This document shows positions 35,501 through 48,800 of a stretch of 64,000 nucleotides of DNA, piece by piece. Where the stretch lies: NCBI GenBank assembly GCA_047495785.1, contig JBLDXI010000007.1:682001-746000 (forward strand). The letters are read 5' to 3'. Origin of the DNA: Lepidodermella squamata (Eukaryota; Animalia; Gastrotricha). A model generated the notes under the pieces. That model was given only the letters and a program-made list of their open reading frames with translations, ran no database searches and was not told the origin of the DNA. The position numbers and the translations under genes were made by a program. Numbering within the stretch: position 1 is the first letter of the stretch; each line of letters opens with the position of its first letter.

Positions 35501-36402
35501 GAGATGCGCCGGATTCCTTGGGCAGCGGATCGATCTGACTCAAGTCGTAGCCGAGGGTTGCACGTTTTTTGTCTAATTGCTGCTTGATGCCGCGACAGGT
35601 CGACTCGTTGAGCGGCTTACCGAGCTCTTGACCAAACTTGCGTGCTGCTTCAGCTGCGCTTCCGTTAATTTGAAACTTGGCGATTTTAAGCCGATATTCG
35701 TCAGAGATTTTCAGGTAAGACGAGGGGCGTTTCCGGCTGCCGGTCGGCGTTGACGCTGGATTACCATTGTAGAGCGCGGAGATAGCGTCGTTGACCGCGT
35801 TCAATGAAGTGATCGGCACCGAGGGCGCGTCGTCACGAGTGATCTTGATTACGCCCTTTGGACTAGGGACACTTGCGAAGTAGGCGTTGAGTGTTTTCAT
35901 TTGCGATTAGAGCGTATTAGAGCGAGAACTGTACGTTTGACGTTTTCGACAAATTCGGCATGCGCCGTAGCCACCCTGCGCGCCGCTTCCTATTGGACAT
36001 CGGGTGGACCAATAAAATTCAAACGGCGTGCTCTCGATTGACAAGGTGTCTATCAAAGATCGCGATCAGACAAGACGGCGCCCTCAAACACCGCGATAAA
36101 GACAACCGCCGCCCTGGACGCGCGTTCGCCGCGCGAGCAAATGTGCGTAATAGGCTTTGTTGTTTGGTCCATGAGCGCACCTGTTCATTTGCGTGCGCTA
36201 TGGCTCTGCGAATCACTGATGCGGCACTTGCGCGAATTCATATCACCGCGAAAATTACACGCGCGCGAAAAATTCGCTCACGCGAAAATGGTACTTTTTC
36301 GGAAATTGCCTCCGCGAATTCAAGAATCCGCGAAAATGAAAAATGACCGAAAATGGGCCGTCCGCGAATTCAAAAATACCGCGAAAATTAATACGTTTAC
36401 AG
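32570..36402 (-). mobile_element. pogo-family DNA transposon nested in the MULE transposase gene
   Basis: Terminus ...CCGCGAAAATTAATACGTTTACAG|TA at 36402. CCGCGAAAA subterminal arrays at 32585-32730 and 36230-36390. The left terminus is not recognisable. Confidence 0.8.
32905..35900 (-). CDS. pogo-type DD35D transposase fused to a Ulp1/C48-like cysteine protease (815 aa predicted); exons 35463-35900, 34902-35354, 33370-34519, 32905-33311
   Basis: All three introns are GT-AG and phase-consistent (2448 nt total). Brinker-like HTH (AAEAARKF), CENP-B-like HTH (LTKTWTQSLFRR), NFDQ, ILDHYACH-35aa-QPAD. Last exon has HW, YDSL and QQSNSNDCGLFA. Confidence 0.88.
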
Positions 36403-38807
36403 TACTGGTAAATACTGAATTTTTAAAATTTCAAAATTTCCGAATTTAAATTAAATTAAATTATTTTTTTTTTATTTTTTTTTATTTAGCTACGTCACTC
36501 GCAAGGGGAAGGAGTACGACTGCACGTGTGCCGCGTTCTTGAAAGAACACATCTGCAAGCACACCCTCGCCATGGCCTACCGCAATAATGATGTGAAGCC
36601 AGAAGCGGATGACAACATGTTTCAGAAGGTCGAGAGGAAGGGTCGCAGGGGTAAACCGAAAGCTACCTATTCGGCCTTGGAACGTACAGAACGCCGAGGC
36701 TCAGAACGATTTTGCAACTGACACTGCCGAGCCTGTCGAATTCGACATGCTACCTGAACCGGCAGCTAAGCGTAGCCATGGAACAGTTGGCGAAGCTGTT
36801 CAACCAATTGTGCGAGGACGTGGCCGAGGTCGAGGCCGTGGAGCAGTTAGAAGCAGTTCCGAAGACGTACCTACCCGGCCGACTCGTGGTCGAGGCCGCG
36901 GAGCAGTTCAGGAAGCTTCTGAAGACCTCGAGCCTACCCGGCCGGCACGTGGTCGTGGTCCCGGTCGCCCGCCGAAAAATTCAAGAAAATAATTTTCGAG
37001 ATTTTGTTGCAATTTTGATTAATAAAATACGGTGTGGCATTTTTACTTGATAGAGGGCGAATCCACTCATTTAGTACACGCTTTACGTTTTAAGTGGCAT
37101 ATCCACGCTCAAAAAGGATACACTTTAAAGGGCGTCCGCCAGATAAACGGCCGCGAGGATCTGGAAACTGCGGGCGAAAATCAGTGGTCTTATTAACTTG
37201 CCTTTGCCCCTCGCAAATTTCCAGACTTAAACGGTAAATTTTATTCACATCATCCTGGATCCCTTGCATGATAACTCGCAAAGTCGAAAAAAGCCAGAAA
37301 TTTTGTAAATAAATTATACCAATTTTCCTGGTTGGGCTGATTCAATGGACCATTTTGTCAAAAGAGTGAAGCATTTTTTGGTTAAATTTTTCTCCGCATT
37401 GAAATGCTCTTGACTTTCAACAATAAACTTTTTTTCGGCTATCCCGAATGTTTGGATATTGCTGAGTCAGTTTATACCAGAATGGTAGAATAAGGTTTCG
37501 AAATAACAGTTTGCTAATTAAAAGTTATGCATGATGATTTCGTACGAGAGCCATGTGACGCAACACATGCTGTCTTGTGTCTTAAAAAAATAAGCGAAAC
37601 ACAGCACAGTCGCATTTTTTCTGCCATGAAGTCAACAGCTATCAAGGGCTCAGGCTTTCGACTCTGCGAATGCCGCGCGGCACGGCGCGCGTTCATTTAG
37701 TCAGGTACGAATTTTGCCTTAATTTTCGTCATTATTAGCCAAGGCAGGTGACACAATTATGCATATTATTTAGATTTTTACGAAATTTATCTACAGCAGT
37801 AAAATGGCTTGTTTGAATCGCGTGTTTCCTACCCGCGAAAATCGGATGACGGACAATCTTCACTGAGTACGCTAATTCTCTTTTTTAAAACGCGCCGAAA
37901 ATAAGTAAAAATGTTCCCTTTCAGATACCACTCAAGAGCACCTGTACAGCCGCCCTTAAATCGCGCCCGCGAAAATAAAAAACGCACTTGACCACACTAT
38001 TTCAGGCAGCCTTCAATGGCCGGCGTGCTACTAAGACCCACTCTACCGAGGCGGAACTGCTGGGTGTGGCTGGTTCCGGGTCAACGGCCGTTCAACATCT
38101 TCGGCCTTCGGCGCAACCTGCTCTCGATGGACCCATGCCGCCTGTTTTTCTCGAAATCCGCCGCGACAAGGCTGGCAATTAGAAAATTTGCCGGCGATAT
38201 CGGTAGCCGTTTAACGCCCTTTCAGCGAAATTAACTGTCATCTTTTTTCTTGCTATCGCAATTAGCTATTACTACTAAACATGCCATTTTGTCTTCTTCA
38301 AAAAATTGTAAAATGCGAGTCAGTTTGAATAGTCATAAATAAAAACACGTTTGGTAAAAATTGTCATTTTTGGGGTCAAAAATGAGCAGCGCAGTGGTAT
38401 TATGCATAAAAGCGATTATTAAGCAAAATCTGGAAAAATCAGTATTAATCAGATAAGCATACTCCAGTGTTTTCATTCAAAACGTTTTTAGTGCAACACC
38501 AGAGTTTTTGGATTAAACAGATACCGAATTTACCCTTTAATGCGGGTTGGAAAAAAGCGTATCTGGCTAACGCTCGGATGCGCATCCGCTCTTGACTCGG
38601 AATCGGTATCCTTTTTGAGCGTGATTGCGTGTTAAAGTGGCGTTTTAAGGATTAAGTGACGATTTCACTTTATGTGACAGTTTCCAGATTTAAGTGACGC
38701 AATCAATTATGGCGGTATTAAAACACCGTGTGATTAAAACACAGCGAATTGAGATTGATTTATGTTTTTTTGGCACACTACAAAAACGGTACAGTATTTC
38801 GATTGGC

Positions 38808-41258
38808 CTAAATCGCCGAATCGCTAGCTAAATCAGCAGCTTCTTTATCGCCGCAATCAGCTTGGCTGCTGTCATTCAGAGGGTTGATTTTGTCTTCATT
38901 CGTGTTTTCTTCATCACTGTCAACTGTTGTTACTGAGATCATGATTGAATGCGGTAGTGGATGAGCCTTGAACATCTGTTTCGCCGATCCGTTCGAAAGT
39001 CGCTTGACATACGAACCGGCACGAGAACGAGGTGGAGTGGGCATTCGCATTTTTGCAATCTCTGAAAATGAAGGAAATTGTAAAATTTCATTAAGAAGAA
39101 ATCCCACGCTTAATCTCATTTAACTAAAAAGAAATTCGCCCTGTTTAAGCGCGGATAAAACCAGTACGTCGGGAAAATTTTTGATAGATCAAATAATAAT
39201 TCAGCAATCATCTTTCAGATAAAAATATGATGGAGAAAAAAATTGACAAACCTTGATCGTCGAGCCGAATGGTTTCTAGAACAAATGTATTTGATCCGAG
39301 TACATCTCCAGGTTCTTCCTCCAGCAACGGCATTTGCGACCCGTTCGGTTCGCCATTCGCCTGCGAGTCATCCTTGCTTGTTGAATAAGACCTCACATTG
39401 GTAGATTTCATCGCATCCGAGCTGCTCAGCCGTTGGATAGCATTAGCCGCATTGTTTCGCCTAGCTTGCTGTTCTCGTTTCGACTCTTGCCGCGACAAAC
39501 GCCTCTTCAGCGAAATTTTATCGATACTCCGTAAAAATAGGCGTTTCATTTCCTTCCGAATTGTTGAATTTAGAAATACGTAAATGAAAGGATTTGTCGC
39601 CGCGGAGGCAAAGTGAAGATTGAAGAGTATTTCCCGCAATTCCGACAAATCATCCGAAAATTTCGGAATAATTTGTAAAATAATCAACGTTGCCGGCATG
39701 AAGAAAATCACGAAAACCAAAGTGACCGTGAACAACATAACAGCAGCCTTCAGATTTTTCCTCAGGATATAACTCGCCTGCCAGTTGGGAAGTAGTGGCA
39801 TAGGGCCGGTATTTACCGCCTGCGGCGCCTGATTGACAGTCAGCGAAGAAACGCCCAAGGTACACCGGGCATTCAGCGTGAATTCGGTTGAAATCGCGAG
39901 AGATAAAACAGATTTTTGATTGGTTGGCACCGGCAAATCAGGCCGCAAGAAGCGCTTTTCGAGATAGCCATTGTTGGACGTAGGCAGGTAGATTGACGTC
40001 GGCCTCAACGCCAAGCCATTATTCATGCTATTTATCGTAAACGAACTTGCACCGAGTGCGCTCGGAATATTTAATTGCCGCGTCGATCCGCTGTTGTTGA
40101 CGCCTTGCGCGTTGAGACGATTCGAGCCGTGGTTGAATGATGAGTGCATGCTAATTATGCTCCTCGTGTTCGACAACACCGATGGCGAGTTTCGAATGTT
40201 GTTGCTAAAGCCATTCGGGGTTAAATACGACCCGGATGTGTTGTCCTGACCAGGCGGAACAATGCTAACGGACCTCGTGAAAGTTGTACTTGGCGAATTA
40301 GGAACATATGTGGACGGCGTGGTCGCAGCGGTTTTCGTAAAAACAGAGCTGTAAAAGCTGAATTTCAGAAAACAATACCTTAAAATAGCTTTTTCCACTT
40401 GATTAATTAAATCACCTTGTCAGTGTTGTCCGTGAGTTGGATCGGCCCCATCGAGCTTTGAAATCTGTTGGCGCGCTAAGACCTTGAATTTGGGCGAGAA
40501 ATAATTATCACGATTGAATCAGGGTAATATATTGTCTTCTAACCTCTTTTTGATCTCCAGACAGCCTGGCGCCGCCTTAAAACACTGGCATAGACTATGG
40601 CGTACAGAGTTGTCGCTAAAATGACAGATCCCCAAACCACAGCGAGTTGGAAATACTTGATAACCGTGCCAGCTAATTGAAAATCTGCGTTGGGACCACA
40701 CATTGTTTCCTCCTCCTCATCGCCATCGCCAGTTCTGATAATAGTCAGCATGAAAGACGCGAGAATTCCGATAGTTATCGACACGGCGCCTATCATTCCG
40801 ATCGTCGCGAAGGCGATTTTCTTTGTCATGAAATTGTCCGCTGGTTTGCAGAGGAACATGTACCGATCCACCGCGACTGCCGCCATTAGAAGTGTCGAAA
40901 ATGGCACTAAACTTGCTTTGAGAACGGGCTCGAAGCGGCAAAGCCATATTGAACTATGAATCAGGTTCAACGCTTCCTCCGACAAATGGACGGTGATTTT
41001 CAGGGGAATTACAACGGCGCATAGCAAAAGGTCAGAGATCGCCAGGCATAAGATGAAAAAGCATGAGATTGGCGAAAATCCAGGACGTAGCCTGATGCGG
41101 TAGAAACCTGATAACAAATATTATCAAATTGGGAAAAACTAATTAAAATTCGAAAAAATTACCAATAATGGCCAGGATATTTCCAACCGTTCCGAACAGC
41201 GAAATGAGAAAGTAGATTCCGATGAGAAAGATCATTTTCGTCCAGCGTATTGCATAAA
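38808..41258 (-). CDS. Class A (rhodopsin-like, probably peptide) GPCR with very long ICL3; multi-exon, 5' exon not located
   Basis: TM1 GTVGNILA (41163-41258), TM2 LAISDLLLC, TM3 AVDRY, TM6 FVIFFMP, TM7 SAATNPFIY. Exons approx. 40543-41107, 40417-40483, 39251-40349, 38808-39061. Confidence 0.9.
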
Positions 41259-42847
41259 CTGTTTACAGCGAGTCCCTCTTATCTAGCATGAAAACTTCGA
41301 TCTGCTGTTTTTGTGCTATTAAAAGCCCCTAGGTATAAAAAAGAGTGACTTGATTTTTTTAAAACCGCTTTTAACGAAAATTGAAAAGTCTCTAGGCTCC
41401 GTCGGTTTGTGTCGGGCGGGTCCTCAATGAACCCAGGATCTCGCGGCTTAAGTCAAGCTAAGACGCGGGCTGTGCATTAGGACGATTATTTGGTTGTAAT
41501 ATCTCGAAAAGTCAAGTTCGCCACCGGAGAAAATTCAAATAAAAGTGATCGATTTTTCAGCGTCCGCTTTGTTGATAGAGCGCTATCCGAACTCGTCGCA
41601 GCTTATTACACCCTAAAAAGCCCACTTGTAATAAAACGTAATAATATTCTCTATCGCCTATATATCACGTTGCCACTCGAAAGCCAAGGTTCAGTATTCA
41701 TCGAGCCTGTCTCATGATCAGACGCGAAGTTTTTGTCTTTATTATGACAGCTGCGTCATATCTCATACATATTGTGCGCGAGCATTTTCAATCGCCAACT
41801 ATTACCGGCGTTTTCGGTCAAAAATCCCTACCTACGCTTGTCATTACGTATGCTGTAGAGCGCGAGAGCGGCGGATGAACGATGCGCGAAAGTTGCACTT
41901 GATTTTCATCAAACGCTTTCCGATAGATGGCTATGACGACAAATTAATGGCTAGACAGCGGTAACGATTTTGCGTAAACTTACAACGAGTTGGTGATTAA
42001 CTGAGCTTCAATATAACAAGGAAAAGTAGAATTTTCGAGAAGCTCGAGTACTGCGGCTCAATTGTTCCAGTATACGCTCGAAACATGAAAATTAATATTG
42101 CTGTTCAAACATTTTACTGGGCAGGTTGAATGCTTTTTTTAACAGCTAAAATTCTCTTTCTTTTTACGCCCACTGGCTACAAATCATGAGGTGCTCGATA
42201 AAAATGTATAATACATTATACAGCAATATGAAAATTGATGATTAAATATACTTCAAGCCTTGATTTCTCAAGCGCTGAATTATTGATTGGTTTTGCGTGA
42301 AATTTAGCTAATTTTCACCTGCTAGCTGTCGCAGGAAATGCCGCGCTACCTGCATGACCAGAGCCAGGAAATCTAAAAACAGTCAGTCGAATGATTTGAG
42401 TTAGAATCCTGGCAATTCAGTCGATTGCGACATGCGATATATTATCCAACACCTAATAACTGAAAGTAATTGAATACTACGCTCATGCCGTGAAGATCAG
42501 CGAATATAATCTGCGAGCAAACGCACGTGACTCCATTAATCTGTAAAAAAAATTGCAAAACGGGTTACTCGCCAGACAGGATCAACCGCTAATTATACCC
42601 CACAAGTCGATCGATTCGTGTAGACTGCATTTCGTAAAACCACGCGAAAATACTCCTCAAAACCTGTTTTATTTATGTTGAACTTTAAAGCGAAAACACC
42701 GACGCCGTGAAATAATAATGAATGCGGAAAGTGAACACAACCGCGCCCTTATATTTTTTAGCACAGATGATTTGAGGAACGACATTTCATTTATTGCTCA
42801 TCCTTTCCTTTATCAACGAGTCTTTTTGGTAAGCGAATTCTCTTTTT

Positions 42848-45800
42848 CTAGTGCCCAGCAGCGCCCTGTTTGCCGGCCGCGGCGTTGCCGACCTGAGCAG
42901 CAAGCACGGCCTTGAGCACCCGGATGGTTTCTGTTAGCTTGCCCGTCGCCTGCACGAAGTAGTCGGTCGAGTGGCGCGCCGAGACTTTGGCATCCTTCAC
43001 CAGCACAACGTCGCCGTCGACGGCGAAGTCGATGGGCAGCGGTGCCGGCTGGAAACTGCCCGACAGCGCGCCGCGCGTGCCGTCCCACGTCACGTTCTGC
43101 GTCTTGTGCTTCAGGGTCATGAGGGTGGCTTTCAATGTGGCGGCGTCGGTTTGCAGCAGAGACGCCAGCTTGGCAATCGGAATGCTGGTGTACAGCTTAA
43201 GATAGCTGGAAAATACAGAAAAATCGAATTAAATCGATAAAAAAATGAAAAACAGATAAATATATGGAGACTTATTCTGAGCATGTTTCAGAATTTTCTA
43301 GAATTTAAACAGAAATAAAATAATATTTTCGATTTCCTTAGAGGAGCTCGTCAATGTTTCAAGAACTCATTACCCAAGATTACAGAAGTACTCCGAGAGC
43401 TCTTGGTTTTAGTCCGTTATTTAGTTTAGCCTTAAATAGAAGATAGAATCGCCTTTAGTTCATTCCGTTTTAGTCCTGCTAAAATTATTCTTGCTAAAAT
43501 ATTAAAAAAATTCTGATTTAAGACCGGAAGTCAAGGTTCGACAAAGTTCGACAAATGATATTTCGAGAATATTAAACAAAATTAATTGAATTTCAAGCGC
43601 ATCTGCTTCATAATCGTTTTCACCCCCTAAAGATAAAACCTTTCTATCAAAAATCGATATTATCGAATATGTTCATAAGGATAGTCTCTCCCGTCTCCCG
43701 TTGAACCGAAAACCTATATAAAGGTTGTGAATTTTTTTCATTTTATCTATGTTCTCATTTTATCCGACAGCCAGAAATGCTGGCCTGAAAAGCAGTACTA
43801 AAATCGCTAGGCGGGTTTTGGACGGTCGATTTTTTACTGTCAGTGAGGTCTGACTGGAAAGGGGCAAATCAGACTGAACAGACGTAAATTCTAAATGTCT
43901 CAGACTTATGATGATATGAAACGCACTGATAAGCAAAGTCCGATTTTCGACTAATTCAGTGTCTGATATTTCAGTCACATTTTGAGTTGTCGTAAGAAAT
44001 GGAACATACTGTTGTAATTTTTTCAGAAACTAGGACGTCGAGATTTTCCCTGAAAATTCTGCTACGAAGTCAGGCCCGTTTCAAACGATTATGGATGATA
44101 AGTCGCAAAAGTGTTCACAGAAAAAATTAGCAAGGATTTCAACTTTAAGGTAGATTAAAGCGAAAATGAGGTCCAATCTGCGAAGTGGCAGTTGGACCAC
44201 GAGAACAGCATAAAGAGTTTAGCCAACGCGCCATAAACTTGAAAAAATGCGTTGAAACTCCGCTTTTCAACAAATGTTCAAGTCCATTTATGGCTTAATG
44301 ATATGGCATGGCCTTAAAATGGACTTACGATGGACATACAGACATTTATGGTAAATCTAATAGTACTCACTTTCGAATGATTATGCTCGCTTTGACTTGT
44401 TCGACCTCCTGCAGGAACATTTGAAGCTGGTGGGTGAACGGCTCCTTCGGCCTGTCTTCGCTGGTCGCGAACGAGCCCTGGCTAGCCCGGTCGAAGGACG
44501 GCGGGGCCGGCGATAGGAATTTCGGGCAGGCCTGCATGAAGCAAGCCTCAAACTCAGCCGCATCGCCCTTCTGAAGACGGGCCAAGCGGTCGGGCGAGCA
44601 GACCTTCTCGCGAACTTGCTGCAGGATCGAATCGTCGATCTGCACCGGGCACAAGATGTGGCACAGGGCGAGCAGGGTGAGACCTTTATCGGCAGTTTTC
44701 GTGTCCTGGTCGTACAACTGGCTGCGGTTCGGGAACATCTGCTTCGAACGCTGAACGAACGACAACAGCGACGAGAAGGTGGAAATCGCATCTCGGTAGC
44801 GGCGCATCATCATATACGCGAATCCGACGTAGTACAGCAGCGTAATCTGGGCCATTGGCACCCCGGTGAAGTCGTAAATGCTTCGCTTGTTCATGTTCAT
44901 GCAGTCGAGAACACGCAGGCCCGAGCAGTAGTCGCCGATTTGAATGTGCAGACGAACGAGACCGACAAGGCTGAACATGCCCAGCAGGCGGTAGAACTCA
45001 ACCTGGCCGAACTCGCCGGCAACAGCGCTCGGGTCGCGGTTTTCGGCGACGGCTTGCAGCTGCTCGGCAGTTCGCGATTTCTCAATGAAAATCGTCAGCA
45101 CGTTGAGAACAGCGTGGACGTTCCACAATTTGACGTTTTCGACGATTTGCAGCTGTTCTTCGGTCGATCGCTTCACCGGCTTGTTTTTGTAGATGATGTA
45201 CGACTGGAACTGGTACAGGAACTCGTCAATAATGTCCCACAGCCACTGGTTCGGCAGCTTCAGGGTGACCGGAGTCTCGGAAGCTGCAAGCAAGAAAAAT
45301 AGAGTTGAATTTGATTCGAAAAATTGTAAGAAACGGTTAGCCCTTAGAAAACGGATATGGTTCAAACCATAAAATTAAGGGAAGATGCATAAATTAAGAG
45401 TCATCCATTTTAATCCTTCTTTGGCTAGCAAATTTACGCATTTAAATCTCAGGGTACATGCATGTCACCGCGTACATTGTAAGTGTCGGTTGATTAGAAT
45501 ATCGTCATGAAAGGGAAGCTTTTAGCAAAAGCTTGAAGGCTCTTAATCAGCCGACGCCCAGTATAGGTACGTCTGAACTTAGGAGAAGATCGCGAGGCGG
45601 GAGGCGACATGAAATTCATTGTAGTAAAAAGGCTGCATAAAACGTCGGTGGATCCGTTTAGGATTAATTTTCACCGGATCATAAAAACAGCGCAGGCAAA
45701 ATACTTTATCAAATGACAAAAAGTCGCAGCCGTTGTTACACTTTGAATTCAAAACCCCAATTTTGTACCTAGCAGTAAAATTAATTTTCCGCCTTAATTC

Positions 45801-48800
45801 AAGATTTCAGTCGCGTATACTTCAATTCAATCAGACTTAGCGTGAAGTTTCAGTTTCACTGAGGGCCGCGCTATTTTAGTCGTAATTTATATAAGGGTCG
45901 GTATATTCGCACTTGAACAAGTCAGCGTTTTTGTCTATATTCGTACGAATTTTACATACAAAATTTCGCGCGCATTTAAAACACACCTGTTAAATTTAAC
46001 TAGTTCCTGTGCCTCATGGGTGGCGTTGTTACTTCAAACCCATTTGTTGGCGATGAGAGATCCTCGCCTTTCGACTGTGTCTTTAAAACTGAAATATAAC
46101 ATGTCCAACGGTAGAAGCCTTGTGCCGAATGATGTCCCAATAGTCATTAGTGTAAGACGCAAAGATATCGTTTCTAAAGCTATTCATTATAGTTTGCGGT
46201 GATTAAAAATGAATAATTCTGCAGACGGATCTTGGGTTTTCGCCACAATTCCAGGCCACGGTTTCGACGAAGGGCGACTCTGGTTCATTGGAACGATGAA
46301 TAGCCCTAGGCAAAGTTTTAGAAATCGCTCAACTTACACCTTTGTGTTTTGGCTGCTGACTATTCTGGCTGTCATTGCAAACGTTTCAAACGTCTGCATT
46401 TTCTACAAGCGAAGGGTTAGACTTCTCTTCTTGATTTTAGTCGCAATTCTAGCAGCAACGAACACATTATTCTGCATTCTATTCTCATCGGTTATGACAA
46501 TAACAACGCCACGAGGTTTCTGGGAATTTGACTCATTTTCTTGCACCTCGGTTTGTGCGCTCATCTTCATCACCGGAGGCTACAGTCCAGCTATCATGAT
46601 GTTGATAAGTTACGAACGAAAGATTTGTATATGTGCCAGGTTTCCAAATTCTAGCACGTACGTCAAAAAGGTAAGCAGACTATAACAATAAAATAAGGCG
46701 AGATTGATGTCTAATTTTACCCGATAGGCTCTTTTCACAGCTTTCGCTCTACTTATACTACTGATTCTAGTCTACGTTCCGGTGATAATTTATCCCTACA
46801 ACATCAATTTGAACCAAGTCAACATGACGATTGAGGCGAATAGAACTATAGATGCCCATCTGTGCAGTCCATTCGAGTACGGAGTTGGACATCTGGACTC
46901 ATCATTGCTTCGAATTGTGGTTGTCGCTCTCCTAGTCATGATCCCTGATGCCATTTTGGCACGAAATTATTGGTAGGTATTTTTCTTTACAATTCCGAAT
47001 TTCAGCAATTATAATTTTCTGATTTCAGGGTAATTTTTGTGGCTATCCGCAGCATTCGAAAGCGATTCAGGCTAAGAAGGGCAGTTGTAAATAACGGGTC
47101 TAAAGCCACGCTAGATGATAATGTCTCGAGCCGAGAGGCAAAATGGCTGTCAAGGGAATCCTTCATCGCTGCTCAGTCGCTGATTTCTTTCTTAGTATTC
47201 ACCCTCTTCCATGTGCCAATTCTGATCTGCTTCGTGCTATTCACCCTATTTGACAGTGTGGGACCTCAGATTTTGACATCTGACTTGTACAAGAGCTCAG
47301 TTATTTGCCAAATTCTTCAAATGATCATAGGACCGTTTATTCTGAGTTTAAAGCCAGGCTTTTCTAGCGGCCTGTCAAGGTGGTTTACATCGAGATCGAA
47401 GATTTCCTTTCCAATCACTTCCGGGCAGTGATTAATAAAAAATAGCCGCTTTTTCTGATCGCTGCAATCTTGTTTTATAAAAGGCACGCTGTGAACGTGA
47501 CAGAACTGAATGGCGTGGAACAAAAGCCGTGGGAACTAGTACGTCTAGTTTCCGTTGCGCCTTAAATCAATAGGAAACAATTCAACTCAAGAGCATTTTT
47601 GAAATCGGAGGAGCGCTTAGCTAACAGTTTTCGTGAGTGGAATATGCATTTGCTGCTTATCAGTAAAAACTGTCTTCTCACTCACGAATTCTAACTATGG
47701 TTCCTATAGCACACAGTTTCAACGCGTTTTAGTTACATATTTGAGACGTAAAATTCAGCAAATTACCACCAATTTTTACCAAAATAAGAGCCAAACGCTA
47801 GCTTTTGATGGCTGAAAATGCAGTTGATCATCTCTCGTTCATGTAGATTTTCCGTGCTATGAATAAATCCCAGGATGGATCGTGGATTTTTGCCATTATT
47901 CCAGGACGGGATTTCGACAACGGCAGGCTGTGGTTCATAGGTACCATGAATAGCCCAAGCCAAGATTTCTCCAATCGCCTGGCTTACACAACAGTTTTTT
48001 GGGTATTAACGCTATTGGCCGCAGTTGCAAACGCCTGGAACGTTTATATCTACCATAAGCGTAATGTCAAACCACTATTTCTCATATTAGTGGCCATGCT
48101 AGCTGTCTCAAATATCACTTTTTGCATCGCGTTCTCATTGGTCATGACAATAACGACTCCAAGAGGCTACTGGGAAGTCAGTTCTACATCCTGCACTGCT
48201 ATTTGCTCCCTAATCTTCCTCACCGGAGGATTCAGTATTGCCGTTATGATGCTGATTAGCTATGAACGCCGAGTTTGCATCGTTTCTATGTCGCCAAATG
48301 CTAAAGCTAATGTTGCAAAGGTGAATTTTCTTTAAAAATGTATTCAAGTCAATGTTTTTTTTTATCGCAAGACTTTAGCTACGGCTCTTGCGCTCTTTAT
48401 TCTCGTAATTCTGATGAGCACCCCAGTTGTTGTTTACCCTTACGGAATCTCCCTCCAGGACTTGACAATGATGGGTCCTAAGAAAAACGAAACGTATCTG
48501 GCTCCCATATGCAGTACATTCGATCACAGACTGGGTAACGCGGATTCTTCGGCTATAAGGATAACATTAATAGCTCTGGCTGTAGCAGTTCCAGGCGGTA
48601 TTTTGGCAAGAAATTATTGGTATGGACTTTATTAGGCAATACTTAATTTTGCTTCAAGAACGTTCTGATCTGAGTATCCATTCGTCAAGATTTGAGAATT
48701 TCATGCTCCTCTTCCAATTTTATCGATTGCTTCTATTTGATTATTGATCAAATTCCCATCACTAGTATTCTGTTCGACTTCGATTTTCGGTCAGGATGGT

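Larger units (their letters stand above)
31095..36992 (+). pseudogene. MULE transposase (zinc-binding DBD, MULE DDE, SWIM, RGR-rich tail), disrupted
   Basis: YYYCP..C...HTGH; PDATYKLTWMGFPVLVVGTSD; STNNGIES; SWIM CTCAAFLKEHICKH at ~36520; RGRGRG tail. Exon phase mismatch at 32135/32194, frameshifts and a pogo insertion. Confidence 0.88.
29715..37110 (+). mobile_element. MULE/Mutator-like DNA transposon carrying two nested elements
   Basis: Degenerate TIRs GTGCGTGTTTGTGTCACTTAAACG versus the reverse complement GAGCGTGGATATGCCACTTAAAACG. 9-bp TSD-like TAAAAGGGT / AAAAAGGAT (7/9). Encloses MULE transposase exons. Confidence 0.65.

Noticed and set aside
35960-36449. Arg/Ala-rich ORFs upstream of the pogo transposase
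   Set aside because: Produced by the CCGCGAAAA subterminal repeats.
44616-45302. 228-aa plus-strand ORF
   Set aside because: Antisense shadow of the GC-rich eIF3L exon 5.
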